Part shown: positions 23,823-35,900 of the stretch, piece by piece
Layout: each line of letters opens with the position of its first letter
Position numbering within the stretch: the first letter of the stretch is position 1
DNA from: Macrostomum lignano
Lineage: Eukaryota
Reading direction: 5' to 3'
Assembly: GCA_002269645.1 (NCBI GenBank)
Contig: NIVC01000032.1
Location: forward strand, 1,054,001 to 1,118,000
Length of the DNA: 64,000 nt
The notes under the pieces: model-generated
What the model saw: only the letters and a program-made list of their open reading frames with translations
The model's database searches: none
What the model was told of the DNA's origin: nothing
Position numbers and translations under genes: made by a program

Positions 23823-24549
23823 TATAAATATGGTTATAGTATTACAAGAATGCATATTTCCTACATAGTTGAGTTTTTATACTTAGATGTAGAGGGGGAG
23901 AAGTAGTCAAGGAGAGGGACAGGGAGTGAAGGAGATGTAGAGGGGGAGAAGTAGTCGGGGCATACATGCGCAACTTCTGAAATTACGCTGGCCGTGCGAC
24001 TTAGTTTTCGATAAAAAATGCGACTTACCTATAAAATAGCCAAGCAAAAACGTTAGGTAAACGGCAGGAGTAACTATGACCATATTTTTAAAGCTAAATG
24101 CCTCGCCAGCTAATTAGTGCTGCGTGCAGATTCGGCGTTTTTATAACAGCTAATCAGTATGTCATCTAGTGGCGGCATGAAGCAATTAGTAAATTGTCAG
24201 TACAGTGTAGTGAGCATACTACAAAAGTCATGATTCATGAATGTCCAGAAGTAAGTGAAGTGAATACAGTGTGACCTATAGCTCAAGAACGATTTGCTAG
24301 ACGATTTGGCATGGAAGATGAGAGCCCTGATTCAGATGGCTCATCAGATGCAGAATACGAATCCAGTAGAGATACAAGCTGTGAAAACCCACAGATTTTT
24401 AAACCACTGAATTCTAATTCCCGGAACTATTTTTGCATAGATTCTAAATTTGAAGTCATGCTCAAACAAAAACTTGTTAACAGTTAGGAAAAAGGCAAAG
24501 ATGGGAGTAATGCATGTTAAACTAAGATTTGAGGCCTTTGCAAATTCTC

Positions 24550-25220
24550 TCCATTCCTCAATCTTCTCATCCTCTTTTTCTTTTCTCTCTCATCCCTTAT
24601 CCTTTCTCTCTTTCCTCTCCTCTCTCCTCTCTTTCCTCTCCTCTCCTATCTCTTCTGTCTCCTCTCTACTTTCTTATCTCTCCTCTCGTCTCTCTCCATT
24701 CCACTCTACTCTCATCTTATCTTCCCTCTCGTCTCTCTCCACTCTACTCTCTCATCTTATCTCTCCTCTCTTTTCTACTCTCTCATCTCTCCTCTCTTCA
24801 CTCTCCTCTCATCTCCTCTTTATCCTCTCTTCTCTCATCTACTCTCTCCTCTTTCCTCTTTCCTCTCTTCTGATCTCATCCATCATCTTTTCTTTCCTCT
24901 TTCCTCTCATCTCCTCTTCTCTCTCATCTCTTTTTCCTCCCTCAGCTTTTCTCTCCTATTCTATCTTTTCTCCCATCGCATCGCTCGCCTCTCCTCTGTT
25001 TGCTTATCTCTAATCTTCTATTCCCTCTACTTTGAAGTAAGAAAATATGCACATATTTTTGCTGAAGATAAGAGGAGAGAAGAGGGCATTGAGGAGAAAG
25101 GGTAGAGAGAAAGGGGGAGAAGAGAGGAGAGTAAAAATGAGAGGAGAGAGAAGAGGGAAAAGGGGGGAGAGAGAGAAGAGGGGAGGCAAGGTAGAGAAGA
25201 AGAGAGAGATGAGAGTTGAA
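24550..25220. repeat. CT-rich polypyrimidine tract followed by GA-rich polypurine tract
   Basis: Degenerate (CT)n at 24550-25030 and (GA)n at 25070-25220. Confidence 0.85.
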
Positions 25221-25254
25221 GAGACACCAACCTAAGTAGTGTTACCAACCTTAA

Positions 25255-26094
25255 GAAAGTAGTGTTACTTTTGCTTGGTGTGGACGTATGGACAGTCACA
25301 CTTGCATGTGCTTGGTGTCATTTGAAAGCGGCAAGTCTCTTCTTTAAAATGACACCAATTGCAAGAGATTTGAATCTGTGCTTCAAGAGATATGGACGAT
25401 TAAGTAGAGAAAGGTCAGTCATAGACTTACAGAACCTTAAAAATGTCAACAGAAAACTTTTATCACGAGCGTAATTACTCCAGAAAAAACAAAAAACACA
25501 ACAGTACAGTACAGAAGCAGGTGAAACAGATAACAAGCAAATTATCACACAAGCGAACAACATTAAAATCATTCATCGGTTGGCAGACTTGTCATCTTGC
25601 TGACAGCATGGTCGCCATGAGCTGTGCAAAGTTGCCTGTGGATGTCAGCCGATTTGGTTCCGGAGCTCCAAAGTGTAAAGATGGCATGTCGCTGCCCAGT
25701 CTTTGAATGCACATCCATTTGCAGTTCACAATTGAAAATTGAATGTCAATAAACTTTGCAGGCGCACCAGAAGCAGTTTTATAAGTCTCGTAGTTTTATG
25801 AGACAGCCCCTCTCGTTCACTGCATCACATTTGGCCATAGACAGCCCATGATTACGAAAAAATCGATAAAATCGTAAAAGTTTTCTGTTGACATTTTTGA
25901 GGTTCTGTAAGTCTATGACTGACCTTTCTCTACTTAATCGTCCATATCTCTTGAAGCACAGATTCAAATCTCTTGCAATTGGTGTCATTTTAAAGAAGAG
26001 ACTTGCCGCTTTCAAATGACACCAAGCACATGCAAGTGTGACTGTCCATACGTCCACACCAAGCAAAAGTAACACTACTTTCCGGACGCCCCTC
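25255..26094 (-). mobile_element. Mariner-like 5' fragment with inverted duplication (fold-back)
   Basis: Minus-strand end TA|CGAGGGCGTCCGGAAAGTAGTG at 26096-26075; transposase HTH remnant QRHAIFTLWSSGTKSADIHRQLCTAHGDHAVS at ~25600-25700; 208-bp inverted arms at 25255-25462 and 25875-26082. Confidence 0.75.
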
Positions 26095-26329
26095 GTAGTT
26101 AGGAAGTTTCAAAGAACCCGAGGGGCGAGGGCCAGATAGAGGGGCTTCGCGAGCCGGAGTTTGCCAACCCCTGCTCCAGAGTTTAAGAAATCAATGGGAA
26201 ACTGTTGACGCGGGCTTCTGATTTCAAAGATCTTGTCTGTTGTTGAAGGCTTCTATTCTGTTTTTGCTCTCCTGCCACACCTGCACCTACTACCCCTGAT
26301 TGCCTCTGATTGTGACTTACTTCCCTCTT

Positions 26330-26750
26330 ATTGCGACTTAGTTGCTTCTTTTTGCGACTTACCTAATCCTTTTTGCGACTTACCTAATCCTTTTTGCGAC
26401 TTACCTAATCCTTTTTGCGACTTACTTAATCCTTTTTGCGACTTACCTAATCCTTTTGCGACTTACCTAACCCTTTTGCGACTTACCTAACCCTTTTGCG
26501 ACTTACCTATTCCTTTTTGCGACTTACTTAATCCTTTTTGCGACTTACCTAATCCTTTTTGCGACTTACTTAATCCTTTTTGCGACTTACCTAATCCTTT
26601 TTGCGACTTACCTAACCCTTTTGCGACTTAACTAATCCTTTTGCGACTTACCTGATCCTTTTGCGACTTACCTAATCCTTTTGTGACTTAGCTGATCCTT
26701 TTGCGACTTACCTGATCCTTTTTGCGACTTACCTGATTATTTTTACAACT
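26330..26750. repeat. 20-21-bp minisatellite (TTTTGCGACTTACCTAATCC)n
   Basis: About 19 units inside the hAT-like element. Confidence 0.92.
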
Positions 26751-27391
26751 TAGTTTGCTTCTTTTGCGAATTGTTTTTCTTTTGCTTCACCATTTTCCCT
26801 GAACTGCTCTTTTTTTCGCTTTCCTCTTGCCTTTCTTGGTTCTTGTGTTTTTCTGTTTTTGGTTGACTCAATTTTGCGACTTACCCCTGGTCAGCCACGA
26901 TTTACGGTGGCCGGATCGGCCAGGTCGGCCAGCAGTTGCGCATGTATGAGTCGGGGAGAGGGATTAATATTCACCACTATTGATAACTAAGACTTTTTAA
27001 AAGCTTTTAAGATTTAAAATATCCTTCAAACCTCATAGGCAAAAGAAGAGTTAAACAATTGAAATGAGTCAATGCTGCCCATTTAAAAGCTTTTAAGGGA
27101 AACTCTTAAGTTCCTAAAGACTTAAAAAAGACTTAACAATATTTATATTCATTTTAGTTTCTATATATTTTTAAGAGTTTTTTTGATCAAAATTCAGCTA
27201 TACCACATATGCCAAACTTATGATAATAATTGAGTATATCTGCCCTAATAAGCAAATATGCAACCTACAACTTAGCTGCAACTATTTTGGTACATCTAAA
27301 AACTATATATAGCTCTTAACTCCAAGGATAAAGAGTTACTATAAATAAGCTAGACTAGATAAGCTAGTCAATCTAGTTAGTTGATAAGAGG

Positions 27392-29575
27392 CAGTGTTGG
27401 GCATTGGTCCATTAATAACTGTGGATCCATTAATACGCATTAATAAGCATTAAGATTTTTTATTAACATTAACGGACTGCCATTAAGACTTTTTTTACTA
27501 ACAGATTAACAAATTTGCATAGATAATTTTGTGAGTTAATGACAAATTCATTGTTAACATTAATAACAGTGTCAAATGACAGATGCAAATAAAGAACAAA
27601 AAAAAAGTCTGACAAGAAGTTATAGCATTATGAAGGTATTTGAATTTATCTAAATGCCTAATTGTTTATGACAAAGATCATGCAGATGTAATAGCTTTTT
27701 ACTAATGAACTTTAATAATGAAATTAGGATTGTGAACTTTATTGCTTGCGTGCCAGCATTGATTGCTTTGATTCACTTCTTTGCTAATCTATTGTAACTT
27801 TATGCTACTCCCATTAATGCTACTGAAATAGTTTTCCTATTTGTATTTTATTATTAACTAACTAGCTTTGAATTTCCAAATAAAAAAGTTATTTTTTTAA
27901 CTGTATGCTTATTTTTAATCTTATATCTAAAGCTGAGTGGATCGATTGATTGACCGGCTGGGTTTAACGCGTATCTCCTCCTAGAAGGCTGGCAACTCAA
28001 ATGCGAGACTTATATCTATCAATGTAGAATTTTCCTACACAACAAATAGGCTATTTAAATGTTGAAATTTTCAATATTAAGTCTGTTAAAAAAGCAGAAA
28101 ACTGTTTTCTTAACCTTCTTTGGCCACTTTTTCTGCTCTGAACTGAAAATTTGCATCAATTTTGAGCAATTGCGCCATTACTTTTCTTATCTTGGCAGTG
28201 TATTTTCTCTCCAGTGGGGGGATGGGGGCATGCTAAGTGGCTGCGTGCATATACTTGGAACTTTGCTAATTGGCGGGCAGTGAAATTCAATGCATAAACT
28301 TGCGAGCATCTCACTGTAGTAGGCAATGAATGTACACTAAAAAATTCAATGCTTTAAACTGGGAAATTTTAAATGCAAACTGTTACTTGAGTTTTGAACT
28401 TTGAGAAAAGGGACTTATATTGCTGGAAAGTTCTTTTAATGCTGAAATAAGTTGCTTGCTTTAAGTATGAAAACTAAAAGCATAGCATTCAAAAAATGAT
28501 TTCCTTACTTTTAACTTTCTGCAGATTGTACTCATTTTGCGAGATGCAATAGATAAATTTAGAGGCTTCAACTTCTAACTGCCAATGTGTATTGGAGGGT
28601 TGATTTAGATTGCGCAATCATTTTGTTAACTTTAACTGAGACTGATACTGACTGACTGAAAAATCGATTTTGCAACTAATTGGTTCAATTTTTTTATTGG
28701 CGTCTTTAACAGGCAGCACTGTGCAGCTCTAATCCTAACCCTAACCCTAACCACTGAATCCTTTTCTTTGCAAATATTTAAGCCAGACAATTAGAAAGCA
28801 TTTTTAATACATTCCAATTTAATAGAGTCTAATTGGTTAAATTAAATTGATGGATTTTTGCTTGAAGGAGATAATATTGATAGATATTCATTTAACAGAG
28901 TGAATTTTGATGAATATCAGGTTCACGGAGAAGATTTTGATTGACTTAAATTTCAAGAAGAGGATTTTGATGGATTTAAGTTTTAAGAAGAGGATTTTGA
29001 TGGATTTAAGTTTCAAGAAGAGGATTTTGATGGATTTAAGTTTCATGGAGAGGATTTTGATGGACTCAAGTTTCATGGAGAGGATTTTGATGGAGTTCTA
29101 TTTCATGGAGAGGATTTTGATAGATTTTGGAGAGAAATTGGATGATAAGATTCGGGTCATAGGATTCAGCTGATAGATTTCAGGCATGGGATCCCAGTGA
29201 TAGGAGTTCTTCCTCTTTCACCTCCAACAGAGGAGTTGGCCTCGTAGTATTATATACACAAGTTTTTACTATTATCATTATTTGTTATTATTTAGTTTAT
29301 AAATCCCTTGGATGACCTATGTTTTGCTAAAAAGATAGAAAAGCAAAAATAGTACATCATTAGGTGCTTTAAAAAAAGTGCAAGATTTCTATATTTTCTA
29401 TGTAACTTTAATAGATTAACACTTATTAACAATTATCAGTTAATTTTCAATTAACTTGATGAAATTAAGAGTTAAAAAGTAAAGACTTTTTGTTTTAACA
29501 AAATAATGCTTTTGCCATTAATGGAAGTTATTTCAAGTTAAGATTAACATTGTTCATTAACAGTGCCCAACACAG
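27392..29575. mobile_element. Non-autonomous hAT-like element (~2.2 kb)
   Basis: TIR CAGTGTTGGGCA / TGCCCAACACAG (11/12); TSD ATAAGAGG / GTAAGAGG (7/8). Contains a short (CCCTAA)n run at ~28735 and a 30-bp array at ~28905-29125. Confidence 0.72.
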
Positions 29576-30037
29576 GTAAGAGGCCTAACCAAGTTAGTCA
29601 CAAAAATGCTTATAAAAATAGACATGGTATTAATTAGATAATCAGGCCTTTAGCTTTAATATTAGTCATGATTATTCATTAATTGTTGTTAGGCCCTATT
29701 GTTATTAATTGTTGTTGTTAATGTTAAATAATAATTATTATTTATTCATTAATTTATCTAAAATTATGATTATTACTTTCTGCTCAGCCTTATTTCTTTT
29801 ATAGGTAAATTATATTTTTGGTCAAAAAGTAAACTATAGGCTACAACTAGTGTAAGTCAAGGAGGTGTGTATATATGATCTTGACTAAGCCTATAAACAA
29901 TTGCATGGTTTAAATAAATAGTAAGTTCTTGTGCCTTGGCTTAACATAATATAGGCCCCCTATACCTACTATTATAGGGCCTAGCAAACCTTTGGCTTTA
30001 GAATTAGATAATCATATGTTGTAGGCCTATAGAAAAA

Positions 30038-30488
30038 GGCAGTTGTTATTTGTCCGGTGACTGGACAAATAGCGATGTAGTTATTTGTCCAGTTACTGGA
30101 TCCTGACCATGCTTTCCTATTCATCCGGTTAATACCGGACAAATAGACATTTTGTTATTTGTCTAGTTAAATTGATAATGCTAAAATATCTAGTTCACAA
30201 AAACCATAAGGGTAAATATATTCAAAGACTACTTACTCGTATCTTGATTATTATATTGTTATACTAGTGTGTGTCTTATATACCAAATTATGCCGAATTG
30301 AATAATATACTTCTTTTTCTTAGGCCCTAACACTCTAGTATACAAGAAAATATTAATCAGTATACGAGAATAGGTCTTGAAAATCTAGAATATTCATTAC
30401 GAAACAAATAAGATATTTGTGTTAGCAATTTAACCAGACAAATAGCAAAAAGGCTATTTGTCCGGTCACCGGACAAATAACAACTGCC
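30038..30488. mobile_element. Mutator-like MITE (451 bp)
   Basis: ~36-bp TIR GGCAGTTGTTATTTGTCCGGTGAC(T/C)GGACAAATAG; perfect 9-bp TSD ATAGAAAAA at 30029-30037 and 30489-30497. Confidence 0.85.
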
Positions 30489-32824
30489 ATAGAAAAATGA
30501 GGTTGCTGTTTTTCTATTCTAAGGCCTTAATATTAGTTTACACCCTAATATCATTGGGGTTTATATTGAATTATTAATAATATTTTTGGATTCTTCAAAT
30601 GCTAAGTCTAAGAATCAGTTCATTTAACTATAATACAGTCTAGGCCTATATAGGCATAATCTATAGACTCTGACTTGATGAGATTTTATAAATAGGCCTA
30701 TGCCATGTTACTTTTTACTATTTTAGTATCTAGTTCTAGTTCTAGTTCTAGTTCTAGTTATTTTTCAATTTCATTTGATAAATCTCAGCCTAGTTGCAGT
30801 TTTGATAGGATTATAATTCTATTTCAATAATGGTTTTTGGTTATGCTGATTTCAAATTTACTATTAGGGCTTCACCTATACCCGAGTAGGCCCTATTGTT
30901 AGTTAAAGAGAAAGGTTCATAATTTTAGTTGAATTACCAACCACACTGCTTAAACTAGTGATCAAATTATTATGAATTAGCTATACACAAAGTCCAAAGA
31001 TGACAAGTATGTCAGTATGATTACATGGCAAAAAAAATTCTATTTTAAACAGTAGCAGACCTAGTCTACTACAACTACAAGAGCAAAAAAATGCACTGGC
31101 TACTTAGATGGAAAGTATAATGAAAGGCATTACTTTTAGTTATAGCTACTTAAATAATATTTAGCATATCATGCCTACGCCTACGCGTTGTGTCGCGCAA
31201 TATCAGTAATTTAGTAATTCAAGTAGTGAGTCTTTACTTTACTTTGCATTAAAGTAGTAATTTTAGAAAAGGTTGTCCTTCATTTGTCAAAATGTAAACA
31301 CCGTTCAAAATAAAGCTAATGTAAATTATTTTCTTTAAAAAAGGAAAAAATATACTTGAGTACAACATACTTTACTATAGCCTGTTTCTTGTAACCAAAA
31401 AAAGCTAAATTTGTTATAACCTGATTAACGAAAAAATTATGTAAACTCTTTAAAACTAGAAAGGTTATTTCTACTGTCTACTACAGTTTCTACTTTCTTT
31501 ACATTGGTAAAACTAAAAAGGTTATTTCTAGCTTCACATCCAAAACCAGCTCAGCCTTAGGAATTTTTTTCGGCAAGCTTTAATATACCATTTTTCACAG
31601 AAATTAATGATACCTTAAATGCCTTTTCAACAATTGAATTTTAATTTCGCGCACTTATTACAACTGCGATTGGATCTGAATTTTATTTCAAGGAAACATG
31701 CAGCTACGACAAAATCTCCATGGCCTAGTCTCCTGCCAAATTTTAACGCGTTATTGGCATCCGTACGTCGTATATAGACTCGTAAGATAAGAGCCTTCAT
31801 TGCGATCTCTTCAAACAAAATAAACGCGCCCTCCTCTGTATGGAGTCGTGTCAGTAATATGTGGATGAACTCCATATATGCAACATATGTAGTACTGTTT
31901 AAAATGAGTCAGCTACAGCTACATGTAGTCTATAGCTCTGCCAGAATTTTGCCCGTCTCTGAATATAACATTTTGATAAAACTTTACTAGGAGTGTGATC
32001 GTCGTATCAAACTTTGAGGGCGCTGCGCTTAGACTACGTAAATTAGCAATTAAGTCTATAATTAGATTTGTCATAACTTGATTAATGCAAGAAAATTCCA
32101 GGTGACAGTGTGGAAATTTTCGGGCTCTATGTTAGGAACAGGCTAGGTGTTGGAGCTGAGAGCAGCATGTCGTCTGTCCGAATTGGCGTCCGAAATGGGT
32201 GTGACATCCGAATTTGCAACTCGATATCTGAAAGAACTAACAGGCTAGGTTGCTCGAAGACTGGAGGCTTTCCGGTGGACTTAAGTGAAGATGCGCTCGA
32301 GGATCTATCTGAGAGAGTTTGAACAAGAATAAGCAATTCGATCCAGTCTTTTGCAAGTCAGATGTAAGACACTCTGTACGTGACCCGCGGTTGCAAGCGT
32401 TTTTAATCGAAACAAACTGCAGTCCAATCTGATTCGAGTGCTACCAACTATCTGAATGACTATTTGCGTCTTTTCTACTCAATAATCATCTCTTCTGAAC
32501 GCAACCTGGAAGAAAAGCGATCTAAAGGCTACGCCATCTATCGTCGTGAACTTCAATGGGACGTTCCAGAATTGCACTTTCAGTTTAAGTGGTTATATAG
32601 TAATGGTAAGCAGTAATTTTTTGAAAGTGAACGTCTGTTTAGCTAAACGAACCGAGCTTCCAAACTGATCATTTGTTTCATTGTTATCATTTACGTACTC
32701 ACCATCGAAAGAGAAACTCAGTTTGAATGAAAACCAAGGAAAAATGGTATAGGCTTGAAGGACGAAGGAAAGCGCGGCTCTCAATACCGAATTAACAGCC
32801 TTTCGAATTAAAGTCAACGAAGAC

Positions 32825-32994
32825 CATTGTTAGCGGGGTCCAGGTACGGGTCGGTCGGATATCCAGCACCGACTGCAGACGATCAAGCAGCAGCCGGTTG
32901 AAGAGCTTCGCAGTACAGGATAGGTAGTCTTCTTTCCGCATTATCCTTCTTCGGGATCGGCACGATTTGGGCGACGGTCCCAGCCGATGGGCGC
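32825..32994 (-). mobile_element. RTE-clade LINE, downstream fragment (continuation of 38747-40140 beyond the LOA insertion)
   Basis: TVAQIVPIPKK RT N-terminal motif; rejoins 38759 across the TSD; 3'-truncated. Confidence 0.7.
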
Positions 32995-35900
32995 TTTGAC
33001 TTACTTGACTGCTGCAAGGCGGTCCGAAGCAGCGAGGAGGCGAGCGTCGCCCATTCCGCTAATCCCTGAAAGACCCGCAAAGGCTAGGGCGCAGCGCCGG
33101 TCAGGGAGGTTTGCCGGTCCTGTCTGCAGCGTAGTCTTCGGTGGGAAAGACGGAGGCTCGTTTGGTGGCCCGGAGGAACCGGATGAGCCGTGGGATGTTC
33201 TCGGGCCGGCAAACGTCGTCCAGGGACGGGTTGGGCCCGAGGTGGTTGAGCCGGTCTCGGTTGAAGGCCGGGCAGTAGCAGACGAAGTGCTTGGCATCTT
33301 CGTTCTCGAGGCTGCAGAGGGGGCAGAGTTCACTCCCGCGAACACTTCGGAGGAAGCAGTGCCTGGCAAAGCAACCGTGACCTGTGAAGGTCATGGTGAG
33401 ATCACGGATATCTTTTCGATTTTGATTCAAAAGGATTCTCCGCAGCTTGAGGGATGGATTCGGCACTGCAACACGGGACTGGCGGCAGTTGGAAATTCCA
33501 CCTCATCTGCTTAAGTGCAGGATTTCCGCCCAGTCATTGATCTCACGATTAATGACCGTGGTGGGGGATGGGGGCCTGGGGCACGGGGCCAAGGAGCGAG
33601 CCAGAACTACCCGCCTTGGCGAGGAAGTCGGCGAGCTCGTTACCTTTGAACCCAGCGTGTCCTGGGATCCACGTGAGCTGGACGGTGTTTCTCCGAGCCA
33701 GCTTGTTGAGCTGCCCGATACAGTCGCGGACTGTTCGGGAGTTCGTAGTGGTGTGACACAGGGCCTGCAAAGCGGCTTGGCTGTCAGAGTGGAAGAAGAT
33801 TCTTCTGTCCTTGATATCCCTGCAGTGCAGCTCAGCTGCACAGGAGCTGATGGCAAGGACTTCGTTCTGGAGGACGCTAGAGAGTCTGCTAGTGTGTTGG
33901 GCGTGATTTGCGATCACGCGGCCGTTGATAAGGATGCAGACTCCAAAGCCGGATAAACCGTCTTTGGAGGATCCGTCAGTGAAGCAGTGAACCTCCTGAG
34001 AGGCCCAGCTGTCGTTGGCGTTCTCCCTGGAGGGGATAGTGACCTTGAAGCGTTGGTAGAGATTGAGGGAGCGTCCGAAAGGACAGCCGTGCTCCCGCTC
34101 TCCTCCAGAACTTCAAAGCACAGGTCAGAGTGCGGCAATAGCTTGCGCTTCGCCATCGCTCTTTGTGGCTTGAAGCTAACGCCAGCCTCGATTAGCCGGC
34201 GGGTGGTTTTAGCAGCCTTACAACGTACAAAGATGTCCAGAGGCGGGAGGCAGAGATAGGCGTTGAGGCCGTCAAAGGGAGCAGAGAGCGGGGCATTCAG
34301 AATCATGCGGCACGCGCGTCCCTGCACCTTTTTAAGGGCTTCGTGGCAGGTTTTAATCTGCAAGGCGCTGGTCCAGATCAGACCGGCGTAGGTAACAGCC
34401 GGTCGGACCATTGCGGTGTAGATCCACCAGAGCCGTTTCGGGGTGAGGCCCCAAGTGGTGCCAACGGATCTGCGCAGCTGCACAAGAATCGCGAGGGCTT
34501 TTTTGGTTTTGGCCTGAACGTGGGTGGACCAGCTCAGCCGGTGGTCCAGCGTAACGCCGAGACACTTTGTTTGCTTGCAGGATGGGATTTCCAACCCGTA
34601 AAGCTTCAGTGGGCGAATACGCCAGTTGACCCTGCTGGTGAACATGATCCCGACAGTTTTGGTCTCAGAGAGTCTGAGGCCGCACCTGTCCGCCCATTGT
34701 TCAGCAGAGCGAATAAAGTTTTGCAGAAGATCCCTAAGTGTTTCGGGTGACGGTCCGGATGCTACGGCTGTGACATCATCGCCGTAACCGACCTTAAGGA
34801 TGGGATCAAGATGGCTGTCCTGTAGGAGCTCATCGATGACCATGTTCCAGAGAACTGGAGAAAGGACACCGCCCTGGGGGCTGCCTTTGCAGACGGTTAC
34901 CGTCCGTTGGTGGCTCAGCAGGTGTGCGGTGGCAGTGCGGTGGCTGATCATATACATGATCCACCGGGTGAGGTGTGAGTGGGTTCCTCTAGCACGTAGA
35001 GCTCTGTCAAAGACCTCAAAGAGGACATTATCGAAGGCTCCAACAATATCGAGGAAGACAGCGAGACGTAGCCATTACCAAGAACGACTTTCTCCAGCAT
35101 GTCGACCAAGACATGAAACGCGCTCTCCGTGGACCCGCCTGCCCGAAAGGCGTGCTGGTTCTCACTGAGCGGCTTGTTCTTCAGCTTCACCAGTGAGGAG
35201 GTGAGGCTGATTGGTCTGAAGGATTAAATGGACCGGTAGTCCGGTCGGCCGGTCTTGAGGATAAAAACCACCTTGGCCTCGGTCCAGGATTTCAGAACAA
35301 AGCCGAGTACAATGCAAGCTTTCAAGAGCCGGCAAAGGTTCCGCAGAAAACCGTTGCATTGCACCGCCTCTCGCAGGAAAGCTGGCACAATGCCTTCCGG
35401 TCCTGGGGATTTGAAGGGCTTGAAGGAGGAGACTGCTTTGGCAACGCGGTCCTCCGTAATGATTGAGTCAGCCAGTACGTGTCCACCCACTGAATGATCA
35501 GGGGAGTCGGGCCTGGCTAACTCGCACGGGAAAAACGCTGTTAGCATCGCCTCCAGCGTTTCTCCTGGGTTATCAGTGAGCGAGCCGTCGGCTCTCTTTA
35601 CTGAGGAGAGTTTGGACATTTTGTCCAGAGTGAGGGCTTAAACGATTCTGGAGGTGGGGCGAGAGCCCTCAAGTTCCTCACAGTATTCGCGCCACTTATT
35701 GGTTTTGGCGTTCCTAACCTGCCTCTTGAACTCGTGGATTGAGTTCAGGTAGGCGGTTTGGTCGGCCGGATTTTTTAGTTTTTTTGGGCCCTTCGGTGAA
35801 GCCTTTTGGCTCTGCGACGGAGGTCGCCAAGCTGTGGGTTCCACCATGGGGTCGACTGTTTGCCTTTATATGCCTTTAGTGGGCATGAGTCTTCGAAGGC

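Larger units (their letters stand above)
23961..26948. mobile_element. Non-autonomous hAT-like element (2988 bp)
   Basis: 15-bp TIR CATACATGCGCAACT / AGTTGCGCATGTATG; perfect 8-bp TSD AGTCGGGG at 23953-23960 and 26949-26956; subterminal GCGACTT motifs. Confidence 0.85.

Noticed and set aside
24325-24350. CTGATGAG (minus strand) as a hammerhead core; likewise CTGACGA at ~46706 and CTGATAA at ~45397
   Set aside because: No GAAA after stem II and no three-way junction.
26157-26175. hAT-like terminus GTTTGCCAACCCCTG
   Set aside because: No partner end or TSD found in the window.
28733-28753. (CCCTAA)n telomere-like repeat
   Set aside because: Only about three units inside a transposon; too short to indicate a telomeric scar.
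32100-32820. Possible exons (plus ~32421-32606 with CAG/GTAAGC; minus 32127-32336)
   Set aside because: No recognisable homology and no partner exons, so strand and frame cannot be settled.
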